From Lytechinus pictus (Eukaryota), in contig NC_087251.1 in NCBI RefSeq assembly GCF_037042905.1, positions 8,992,001 through 9,056,000 on the forward strand: a DNA stretch of 64,000 nt, given 5' to 3'. Position 1 is the stretch's first letter, and the number at the start of each line of letters is the position of its first letter. The notes beneath the pieces were generated by a model. That model worked only from the letters and a program-made list of their open reading frames with translations, was not told the DNA's origin and did not search any database. Positions 23,619 through 34,500 of the stretch are shown piece by piece. Position numbers and translations under genes: made by a program.

Positions 23619-25252
23619 CACTGTTGGTCATAAAGGTGGAATATTTTTTTTCACCAAATTTTCACAGCGTAATTATTACAACATGATTTGAATATGGCAT
23701 TTATGGTGCATGATAACCACTTTACTTTATTATTCTGCCTTTTACACACGTTTGACTGATATTTTACAAGTTTATGTCTTAAGCGATGGATGTCATGAGC
23801 ATAGAACAACAATAACGACAATATACAGTAAATTAAAGGATCATGAGATATTTATTTTCAATCTCTCTCAGTTTTCCAGATGACTTCTTTTTTGTGATTT
23901 CATGGACAAATTTGCATCAAACTTGAGTCATTGTTCTTACTCAATCAATAGTATTGGGTATGTCCACCCCTGGCACGAACCAGCGCATGCAGACGTCGTG
24001 GCATGCTGTCCACTAGCTTGTTGATGACGTCAACAGGCATAGCGTCCCATTCTTCCATCAGAGCATCTGCCAACTCCTGCAGATTTTGAGGAATAACCTC
24101 TCTGTCGTTGATGGCTCGGCCTAGGGCATCCCATGCATGCTCTTTGGGGTTCATATCCGGCGAACAAGCTGGCCATGGCAACTGTACGACGACCTCTGCC
24201 TCCCGGAATTCCCTTACTGCAGCGGCCCTGTGCGGTCTAGCGTTGTAATCCTGCAGTCGGAAATTGTGCCCATACACTCGTCTTGCATATGGAAGACAGT
24301 GGAACTCCAAGATATCCCTGTAGGCGGCGGCGTTGATGTTTCCGTCCGGAACCACCAGTGGCGTTTTCCCTCCATAATGGATGCCGGCCCATATTATCAC
24401 TGAGCCGCCTCCGCCTTGAGTCGTCTCGTGGAACCATTCATCGCGAAGGTTTTCCCCGGCTAATCGACGAACTCGTTCTCTCCCATCCTTTCGGTCAAGG
24501 ATGAACCGGCTCTCGTCCGTGAAGACCACATGTTGCCAATGTCCTGGATGAAGCCTTCTGTGCTCCCTAGCCCAAAGAAGACGAGCTACTCTGTGGCGAA
24601 CAGACAGGCGTGGACATTTGGTCAACCGTCGTGCTCGGTAACCATGTTGGAGCAATCTGCGATTAACGGTTGACCGGGAAACGTTGATCCCATGATATCT
24701 CCTCCACAAGCGACGAAGACGGCTCGTGGGCAATTTCCGGTTTCTGCGGCTGAAATTTAACAGTTGACGATCATCTCTTCTTGTGGTCAATCTGGGACGT
24801 CCTGGAGATTTCCGTGGCCGCACAGATCTTAGAGACTGCACTCTGTGATATCCCTAGGACTTCTGCGATATCAGTCTGCTTGTAGCCCTCCTGTCGCAGT
24901 GCTACCACTCTCTCGCGTGTTGCTGTTGCCGTTGGACCAGGCATAGTCCAGGGAACGTCTCTATCGATTTTTATTTCAAACGGTACAAGGAACTCGAAAA
25001 AATGCAACCCTCTTATACACAGTGCTAAATCAGAGAAAGGGACAGAATATCATATGCACAGACTTTTATAGTCTACAACAAAATAATTTAATATGTAATC
25101 CAAAATTTTCATGTTATAATGTCACCTGTGTGGTGGGGAAACATTATGTAATCACTCAATTACCATTTTGTCTACGCGTAACCTTTCAAATACCAACAAA
25201 ACTGTCGATTTTTATTCAAAAATATTTTATTCCACCTTTATGACCAACAGTG
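23619..25252 (-). mobile_element. Full-length Tc1-family transposon (1634 bp, 25-bp perfect TIRs, TA TSD)
   Basis: TA|CACTGTTGGTCATAAAGGTGGAATA ... TATTCCACCTTTATGACCAACAGTG|TA enclosing a transposase gene. Confidence 0.97.
23945..24944 (-). pseudogene. Tc1 (DD34E-type) transposase, frameshifted and with the second catalytic Asp replaced by Tyr
   Basis: The N-terminal HTH (MPGPTATATRERVVALRQEGYKQTDIAEVLGISQSAVSKI) is out of frame with SVRPRKSPGRPR...VVFTDESRF...LQDYNARPH...SPDMNPKEHAW. Exactly 34 residues separate the Y and the E. Confidence 0.93.
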
Positions 25253-26011
25253 TACAAAGTAAAATTAGACCATGAAGGTAAACCAAACGGAAAGTATACA
25301 AAGCGGATGTAGAACACTCGTTAATTCACCCCCCCCCCTTCTCTCTTTCCCTGAAACAAACGAGAAGTAAATGCTATTACATGAATATTATGTTGTCAAG
25401 TTTGAAGTTTCTGTCTGCATATCATATCTCAAGAAAGAAACAAATCGAAGACCTTGGCCAGGGTATTATGGCTTGTCCCCCCCCCCCCACATTTTACGAA
25501 CTACCAAGGGTGGAATTACTAAGTATCAGCAAAGTTTGCTAAAATATCCGTTGAATTACAATGTACAAAAACAAAAACCGATTATTTCCCCATGTATATT
25601 AAAAGTATATTATAAGAGATTTTCTGTATAAATAAGTTTCTATACAGTTCATACATATACAATATCGTTCATATCTTGAGGAAAAGAAGGGGTTATGCCT
25701 TGCTCCGCCTTTTCTCTTTGAACTTTACTGAAAGAACTCCTTTTGGTTCCCTGGGGCAAATCATTTGGCTAGAGCCGTATGCGTCCAGAAACCTATAGTT
25801 TTGTTTTAATTTGAAACCTCGTAAAATCTATCTGGAAACAGTCTACTGTTGCTCTTTCATGGGACTACTAGTATACTAAAGTTCTAAAACACTGGTGAAT
25901 CCTCTTTGTGTTCATGCCAACAAACTTGATAAAATAAAATCATGATTTTATATAGTTTTTGAATAATTGAATCAACTTAATTGCAGGCTTGCGACTGGGA
26001 ACACGATTTAA

Positions 26012-27248
26012 TTTTTTTTTTTTAATATTTTATTTTCTTCCTCTTTCAAATCAATAAGTTTACAATCACAGTTCATATAAATAAAGATTCTTTGTATGTA
26101 TACAATCAATAAACAAACAAAATAAATATATCAATATCAATGAGATTACAAATATTTTTAAAATGATTACAAATGAAATTAAATTGCCAAATTTCTCTTC
26201 TATAACAATGTGAAAGCAGAGGGGAAAAACCCATATCAATCGACAAAAAAAAAACCATACTTTGTAAAAGATGACTTTTTTCCCTGAATAGAATAGAAAT
26301 AATCTCTTTTGCACATATTAATTGTATAAGAAAAAAAAGGATAAAAGATTATTTTAAAGGTTAATTAGAGGAAGGTTATTATCCTAAAACGTCCCTACAC
26401 ACTCACCTTACCCCCAGACCCTTCCCCCCTCATCTCTCTCCCCAGACACTCACACAAGCTCACTTCAACTCACCACCACCCACAGCTCCCCCCCCCCCTC
26501 TTCCCCGTCACAAAACTCACACATCCATCTACACACGTACACCCACACACGATGCATCCTGCTCTGGTACAACTATCTGTATTTGAACAAATAAACAAAA
26601 TGAAGCAACCAATACATCCATAGTATATTCTCTTAACTTCATTTTCATAAATTCCCAAAATTTAATCTTGCTTGTTATTTGGTCCCGCCATATTCTTTCT
26701 ATTTCAGAAATCTTCATCTTTACCCCGTCTACAAAATCTTTATCAGAGCATAAACTGCTGTTAAACTTCCAGTACGATCTCCCATATGCAAAACTTTCGA
26801 CTAAATTATCAAACTCGACCTGAGCTCCAGCATGGTCAGGAGTGATAGAGGGTAAAATGTCTGAACTTTTCACGTCTTTTTCTAATTTCGAGGAGATAAA
26901 AATATAATCCAATCTGCTCTGAACGAAGGGATTATTTTGTTTGAAAGTAATTTTTTTTTTGTTAGGATGCCGCTTCCGCCACACATCAATTAGATTTAGC
27001 CTATCAAAAAAATCCACCAATGAATCTTTATATCTATTTTTCGAAATATTACTTCCACCCATGTAGTCTAAGTTTCGATTCATAGCAATATTAAAATCTC
27101 CTCCAACAATAAGAGAATATTCTTGACTAACTACAGAAGATAAAATTTTGTCTAAATCAGACAGAAAATTACATTGTAAGTTTTCTTTATTCCCTGTGGG
27201 AAAATATACACTGCCCAATATAATCTTTTCACCTTGATTTATGTCTAA
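26012..27248 (-). mobile_element. L1/Tx1-type LINE derivative: AP-endonuclease coding segment fused directly to the 3' UTR (RT missing)
   Basis: ORF 26529-27218 has SVYFP, IVGGDFN, LIDVWR, SRLDYIFIS, TPDH and YWKFNSSL motifs. At ~26625 it switches to the 3' UTR shared with 16327-16960. Confidence 0.9.
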
Positions 27249-28429
27249 CTATATCTGGAGATAACGCCATCTATGGCTATAGCAGGTTAGTTATGTAGCG
27301 TTGAAAATGGTGGAAAGGGGGGGGGGGGCACAATTTCCCGATGAAAATTTGACAAGCAAAAAACGAAAGTTTCACTTAAAATTGAAGATAATTTTGTCCG
27401 CTAAAAAATTTGACAAGCCCCCCCCCCCAAAAAAAAAAAGTTCCTCACTTTCAAAAAGGGGGCACACTTGGGTAAAAACAGCAAAATAATATTGATTTAT
27501 ATGACTCTCAAAAGGTTGGGGCGCACGGGCCCGATGTGCCCCCCAGATCCGCCACTGATAACAACTAACACTGCTAAACTTATAATACTCAATCATGAAG
27601 GTGGTTATTAATATACACACAAATATGATAAAACATCAAAGTGTGGCAAAGGCAAAGAAATTAAAGTTCCAATCACTTTAGGCTCAATTTGAAATATTCC
27701 TGTGCAGATATGACATTATTTTAACTGCTAAAATACGCTTCAGGGCAAGGATTTTTCTTTTGGTGAATGGGCCCTGATGTAAATCAAAGTAAGTGTTAAA
27801 TACAGCCGGAGATTGTTAAAATGTGAAGAAAAAAAAAATTTGGGCTCTTATTCTGGCACTTCATATCCAGTAATGTCCATATTTAATTACTAGTAACTAT
27901 ACGATTAAGTTTATGAAACGCCAGTCGGACAAACATAGGGGAAGCTAGGTTATGATTATGGGGAACACTAAAGGACTGCAAAGACTTATGAGGAGATAGA
28001 GAGAGAAGGGGGAATACATATAGAATAAGATATCAGCATCTCTCTCAAAGTTACCATTGACAAAGGGAGCTGTTTCCTGTTGCATCAGGCATTGTCAATG
28101 AGACCCTGGTTGCATAATACAGGAAGAATTTGCGAACTCTTAAAAAAAAATTCCAGGGGCCGTTTCATAAAGCTATTCGTAAGCTAAGAGTGACTTTAAA
28201 CGACTGGTGATCCTTTCTTGTGGTAAATGATATTCACCATTCAGGCGCGTATCCAGGGACCCGACCTAATTTTGGCGCCCCTTTGAACTTTTCGATAAAT
28301 GCCCCCCCCCCCCCGCCAGGCAATTATAGGTGCCTTAAATGCATGTTGAATTATTTCATAATCACGTGAAAAAGGCAATGAAAAAAAAATCCATGAAAAT
28401 TATGTTGTAATACCACTTTTTGAAAAAAA

Positions 28430-29545
28430 AAAAAAATGCGACCAGAAAGCAAAGTAATCATGAACAGGATGGGCATCTAATTAATCGATGCGAGCGCAAA
28501 CTGAATTTTTTTAATTTCCGACCCAAAACTGGACATTCTGAGGTCTTTTTTTAATTATGAACAAACATAGTTTTACCTAAATTCTCGCCTAAAATTGGGA
28601 AATTCTATAAACACTATTGGTAATGATGAACAGAAAATTTTTAACCTAAATTCTCACCCAAAATTGGGACATTCTAAGCACTATTGGTAATCATGAACAG
28701 GATGGGTATCTAACAAATCACTTTATGCGAGCGCGAAGCGCGAGCTTAATTTTTTTTATATTCCGACCCGAAATTGGTCATTCTAAGCACAGTTTGTAAC
28801 CATAAATAGGATGGGTATCTAAACGATTGATGCGAAGCGCGAGCTGAAAAAATTGATATGCTGACCAAAAATTTGGACAATCTAAGCACTATTGGTGATC
28901 ATGAACAGGATGGGTATTCAACAAATAATTTTACGCGAGCGCAATGCGCTAGCTTAAAAGTTTTGATATTCCGACCCAAAACTGGACATTCTAAGCACAT
29001 TCTTTAACCATGAAAGGATGCGTATCTATTTAAACTATTTTGCGAGGGAAGCTGAAAAAATTGATATTCTGACCTAAAATTTCGACATCCTAAGCACTTT
29101 CTGTAATCATGAACAGGATGGGCATCTAATTAAACGATGCGAGTGCGAAGCGCGAACTGAAATTTTTTGACCTTCCGACCTAAAATTTGCACATTCGAGT
29201 AAACATGAACAGGATGAGTAAACAATTGATGCGAGGGCGAAGAGCTGATAAATTTTGATATTCTGACCTAAAATTTGGCAATTCGAGTAAGCATTTTTGG
29301 TAATCAGGAACTGGATGAGTATCTAACAAAACATTTCATGCGAGCTGAAATTTTTTGATATTTCGACCCAATGTTTGACATTCAAAGCACTTATCTAACC
29401 ATGAACAAGATCGTCACCTTAGCACTAAACAATGGATGCGAGCGCGAATAGTGAGATGCAAATTTGTGATATTCTGACCTAAAATTTGGACTTTCTAAGC
29501 ACTTTTGGTATTCAAGGAAAGGATGGGCATTTTATGCGAGCAAAC
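28430..29545. repeat. Degenerate ~105-115-bp tandem repeat (ATGAACAGGATGGGTATCTA...ATGCGAGCGCGAAGCGCGAGCTGAAA...GGACATTCTAAGCAC), about 10 copies
   Basis: Recurring motif order read directly. Confidence 0.9.
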
Positions 29546-31415
29546 ATGAGTTTGGCCACCCCATTTGAAACATTAATTTGGTGCCCCCGGTAAAACATCA
29601 AGTTGGCGCCCCTCCCTAGATTAAACATGAATTTGGCGCCCAAGGACAAATATCAAATTGGCGCCCCTATGTCGAACATCAATTCGGCGCCCCCAGGTAA
29701 GACATGAATTTGGCGACCCCCTAGGTTGAACATTGATTCGGTGCCCCACTATGTTGAACATCAATTTGGGCCCCCTATGTCGAACATAGATTCAGCGCTC
29801 CCCCAGGTTGAACATCAATTCGGCGCCCCTAGGTCAAACATCACTTTAACGCCCCTATAAGTCGAACATCAATTCGGCGCCCCTAGGTCAAACATCAATT
29901 TGGCGCCCCTATAAGTCGAGCATCAATTCGGCGCCCCTAGGTAAAAAATCAATGCGGCGCACGCCCATATCGAACTTCAATTCGGCGTCCCGAGGTAGAA
30001 CATAAATTTGGCGCCGCCTAGGTTAAGATTATTTCGGCGCCCTTATGTCGAACCTCAATTTTGTGCTCCCCCTTCGTCGAACATGAATTCGGCACCCCTA
30101 TGTCGAACATCAATTCGGAGCCCCTATGTCGAACATCAAATCGGCGCCCCACCCCCTATATGTCGAACATCCCCAGGTAAAACATCAATTTGGTACCCCC
30201 CCCCCCCACCTAGGTTGAACATCGATTCGGCGCCCCTTTGTCGTACATCAATTCGGCGCCCCTATAAGTCGAACATCAATTCGGAGCCCCTACATGTATG
30301 TCGAACATCAAATCTGCGCCCCCCATGTCAAACATCAATTTGGCGCGCCTAGGTAAAACATCAATTCAGCGCCCCTAGGTAGAACATAAATTTGGCACCC
30401 GCTAGGTTGAAGATCCTTTCGGCCCCTTTATGTCGAACTTCAATTTTGCGCCCCCCCCCCTAGGTCGAACATAAATTCTGCGCCCCCTATGTCAAACATC
30501 GTTTCGACGCTCTCGGTTAGACATATATTCGGCGCCCCCCCCCCCCGGCCCCTGGGTTGGATTGAACAATTCGGCGCCCCCCATGTCGAACATCAATTCG
30601 GCGCCCCTAGGTAAAACATCAATTCGGTGTCCCCTAGGTTGAGCATCAATATGGTGCCCCTAGGTAAAACATTTCGTTGCCCCCCCCCCCTTCTAGGTTG
30701 AGCATCAATTCGGTGCCCCTAGGTAAAACATCTATTCGGCGCCCGCCTATATCGAACTTCAATTCGGCGCCCCTAGGTAGAACATAATTTTGGCGCCCCC
30801 TAGGTTGAGGATCACTTCAGCGCCCCTAGGTAAAACATCAATTCGGCGTCCTCCCCGCTAGATCGAACATAAAATCGGCGCCCCCTATGTAAAACATCAA
30901 TTCGGCGCCCCTAGGTCGAACATCAATTCGGCACCCCTATTTCGTACATCAATTCGACGCCCTTAGGTCTAACATCAATTCGGCGCCCCAATGTCGAATA
31001 TCAAGTCGGCGCCCGCCTATATCGAGCTTCAATTCGGCGCCCCTAGGTAGAACATAAATTCGGCGCCCCCTTGGTTGAAGATCAATTTGGCGCCCCTATG
31101 TCGAACTTAAGTTCGGCCCCCAGGTCGAACATGAATTCGGCGCTCCGTATGTTAAACATCCATTCGGTGCTCCTAGGTGAAACATCAGTTCGGCGCCCCC
31201 CCCCCTCTAGGTCAAACATAAATTCGGCGCCCCCCCCCCTCGAGGTCAAACATAAATACGGCGCCCCCCCCCCCCCTATGTCGAACATCAATTCTGCGCC
31301 CGTCTATGTCGAACATCGATTCGGCACCCCTAAGTAAAACATCAATTCGGCGCCCCCCTGGGTCGGACATCAAGTCGGCGCCCCTCTATGTCGAACATCA
31401 ATTCGGCGCCCCCCC
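29545..31415. repeat. ~30-bp GC-rich minisatellite (TAGGTCGAACATCAATTCGGCGCCCC with variable C-runs), roughly 60 copies
   Basis: Read directly. Copy number is estimated from length divided by period. Confidence 0.95.
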
Positions 31416-31683
31416 TTCTTTTTTTTCCTTTTTTCTTTCCTCTTTTGTGCCCGCTTTTTCGCCTACTCGGGGGGGGGGGGCCGGCCTGGGAACCCCGAGC
31501 CCCCCCCCCCCCTCCCCCAGAAAACGCGCATGCAATTAAATGTTCATTGGTGATTATTTAGCGCGTAATAAATGTTCACCAGTAATTCTTAAACTCATTC
31601 TTAACTTAGGAACAGGTCTATGAAACACCCACCAGGACCAACAGGGACCTTACCAATTCAACTCGTTAGTACTTGTAGACCTG

Positions 31684-31828
31684 GGGCCCGTTGCAGAAAG
31701 AGTTGCAATCAATTGCAACTCTAAAAATCATGCGCAACTTGATTTTCAACCAATCAACAGCGCGCATTTTTGACTTGCGGTTGATTTTTTGACTTGCGTT
31801 TAAACGCAACTCTTTCTGCAACAGGCCC
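31684..31828. mobile_element. MITE with CTG TSD (PIF/Harbinger-related, CWG target)
   Basis: CTG|GGGCCCGTTGCAGAAAGAGTTGC ... GCAACTCTTTCTGCAACAGGCCC|CTG. Confidence 0.88.
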
Positions 31829-32940
31829 CTGTACATACATGTTTAAGACAATAATCCGTAGATTGAAAAAAAAAAGCCTCATCGAAAGTTAGACAAAGCA
31901 GTGGTGGATTTCTTGGCAACCTTTATTTGGGTATAAGAGTAACCATCTCAAAAACCCGGGTTCAAAACTTCGCTCTTGCTATTTGAAGAATACTTTTTTA
32001 GCGAAAAAGGGTGTGGCCATCTCGGATGAAAATTTAACAAGAGCGAATTATGGAACGTGCACTTGTATTTCATCATCACTTTATTCAATTTTCAACGCTT
32101 TGATGATAATTATTAGTCACACAGACAGCCTAGGAACCTCTGTGTCGGAAGTGATCATTTGGGAAAAGCGAACCCGATCATAAGCGACGAGATCTTGCAC
32201 ACCATGACCAAGTACGTCTGAGTTAATTTATCCTGAACATAGGCACACATGCCCCGTGGACACGTGTAACATTCTACTCTCATTCCCCTAGACAGTTGGA
32301 GGATTTTCATTATGTTTATCTTTGGTGGTTCGGAGCACAGTAAAAACTGTCATATCGACCCGGCTTTGTACTTTGTGAAAGTTTGATTCTTTGGATATTA
32401 CTTTTGGAATATTAAACATTGATGTTCGGCTGCTGCTTGTATAGGCCGAGGCCTGACAGCATTGACTCATCATGTTACTACGGTAAGTATAATAGCTAGC
32501 TCTGAGCGGAAAGTATTTATTAACCCGTCTCAGAACACGTTTCCACAAAAGAAAATCTGGAGTGAACTGCTGTCATCCCTTAATAGACAAAAGTTATGAA
32601 GAAACGGGATATACATGTACATTGTAGATCTATTTGCAGAGAACAATGATTTATATTATCGCGAGCAAACATGGCAAACGCAGAAATCTGTTCCGTTCAT
32701 ACATTATATTCGCTTATCGTTTGCTTATTGTCAGCCGAAATTATCATTATTTTTTTTTTTGTATTTCATGGGCGCGTGATTTGAACAAAAAGTATTAATC
32801 AAAAGATTTTAAAATGGAAAGAACTATACATTTATTTATGTAGGTCTATTATGTGTACCCGCATTCAGTATCATGGCAATATACAGGCAAATATTCAACC
32901 CAAAAATAGCGGAATATTGCATTACGCCATAATTCTATAG

Positions 32941-33060
32941 AATCTCCAGATCTCCAGAATCTCTAGTACAGCAGCTCGGAAATGATATGCCAGCATTGTG
33001 TCGCAATATTAATAAGAAACATCAATCGTAATACCCGGGCGTAATACTCTGAAGAAACAG
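32941..33060 (+). other. Candidate non-coding 5' UTR exon of sAC (with a candidate upstream exon ending at the donor after 32482)
   Basis: ctatag| ... aaacag|gtaata, 120 nt, stops in all three frames. There is a strong CG|gtaagt donor at 32482/32483 upstream. No transcript data. Confidence 0.45.
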
Positions 33061-33230
33061 GTAATACGTGCATATGACTGTGTAACAATCTTACTTGACT
33101 CACCTTCTATTACTTGATTTTTTTTTCATCCATGGTTAAGAGCATTGTTTTATTTTGTTTGCCAGTACACTTAAAGGACACGCTGACTTTTTGTTTTACA
33201 TCATGGCCGCATCACTGTATTTTCTTCACA

Positions 33231-33387
33231 CACTCTATAAAAACACTGAGTAAAATTTTACCCAATATTGGGTAAAAAGGGAACATGCATGTTTGCTGGG
33301 CATTTTTTTTACCCGATATTGGGCTATTTCAACACAACATGCATGTTCCCATTTTACCCAATATTCGGAAAACCTTTTTTTAGAGTG
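33231..33387. mobile_element. CACT...AGTG MITE with 2-bp CA flanks (CMC/EnSpm-like)
   Basis: CA|CACTCTATAAAA ... TTTTTAGAGTG|CA, with internal inverted TTTTACCCAATATT and GGGAACATGCATGTT arms. Confidence 0.75.
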
Positions 33388-34317
33388 CATACACGAAGTG
33401 TACATAAAATAACATATATTTGAATAAATAACAAAAATATAATAGAAAATCGATAATATTTACAAATATCAAATCAATTGGTCTAAATTTAACCCTCTAT
33501 GATTCGTTTCAAATTCATATATATTTATTCATTTTCAACAGAAAATGTTGTACAAGAACATTGCCTATATTATTGTTACATTTGCTATGTATAACCGAGA
33601 AGTAACTGATGAAGAAAGGGTAAAAACACATTTTTAACGATTTTTAAACATTCTAATCAAAGATCTGCTAATCCTGTGAGGGAAAAGAAGTTCATTTGTC
33701 AACTATTCGGATATCTATTGCAAGTATATTTGTTCTTCAATTGTTAGAATTTGCAAATTACCCTAAAAAAGGTCATATCCATTCAGCAATTGTTCGTGAA
33801 TTTCTTTGCCATGTTCCCAATTTTCATACATCTGATGGGATGCGTACATGTTGCGAATGATCGTACGAAAGACTGAAACATTAGTGTGCTTAAGCAGACT
33901 CCAAATCTTTAAAAAAATCACATCAGCTAAAGTCAAACTTTGATAGTCTATGGATCTAGTTCATGAAACCTAGACATAAGAGTAATCAGGTAAACTGAAC
34001 GTCTTGCCCGAGTTTCAGGTCACATGATCGAGGTCAAAAGTAATTAGGGTCAATGAACTTTATCCACATTCGTTGACATCCCTTTATATTTTTGAATTAG
34101 TTTTTTATTGGTCCATGAATGCAAGCATACAAAGAAATTTAGTTTTCAATGGCTTTCAATTACATACACAGAGATGGAAAATATATTACATAATACTAGA
34201 AAACTACCCTATACATAAACAATATAAATTTTCTGCAATAATTTAATACTCTTAAGAATTCATGAGCATATTCATATTCAAATATTTTCTTTCCATTTTA
34301 TTTTCACCATGTTGCAG

Positions 34318-34500
34318 TGAAACCCAAGGTTATGCGAGCCAAAGATGAGCATCCAAAGACCCAGAGGCTGACCCAAAAGGGTATGGTCATTAATAAACTG
34401 GCCACTCATGTGCCAGATCTCGTACTCGCCCGTTCACAAACAACGAGACTACCATGCAGCCAAAAATTTGAAGGGGTACTTATGTTTGCTGATATCTCAG
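34318..34500 (+). CDS. ADCY10: sAC coding exon 1 (acceptor 34317/34318; probable ATG at 34332), MRAKDEH...LATHVPDLV...FEGVLMFADISG
   Basis: Acceptor ttgcag|, donor |gtaagc. Contains the first metal-binding Asp (FADISG). Confidence 0.93.

Larger units (their letters stand above)
28156..31633. mobile_element. Small MITE (arms 28156-28241 and 31533-31633) split by a 3.3-kb insertion (28242-31532) that carries two tandem arrays
   Basis: Outer arms GTTTCATAAAGCTATTCGTAAGCTAAGAGTGAC / CTCATTCTTAACTTAGGAACAGGTCTATGAAAC. Inner ends CAGGCGCGTATCCAGGG / CCCCAGAAAACGCGCATG. Confidence 0.72.

Noticed and set aside
23945..24841. 298-aa ORF as an active transposase
   Set aside because: It starts at a non-ATG codon after a frameshift, lacks the first HTH in frame, and has Tyr at the second catalytic Asp position.
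29545..31415. ~30-bp repeats as CRISPR or as a repetitive protein gene (ORFs 30008-30352, 31071-31337)
   Set aside because: No spacers. Variable C-runs shift the frame constantly, so the ORFs are by-products of the array.
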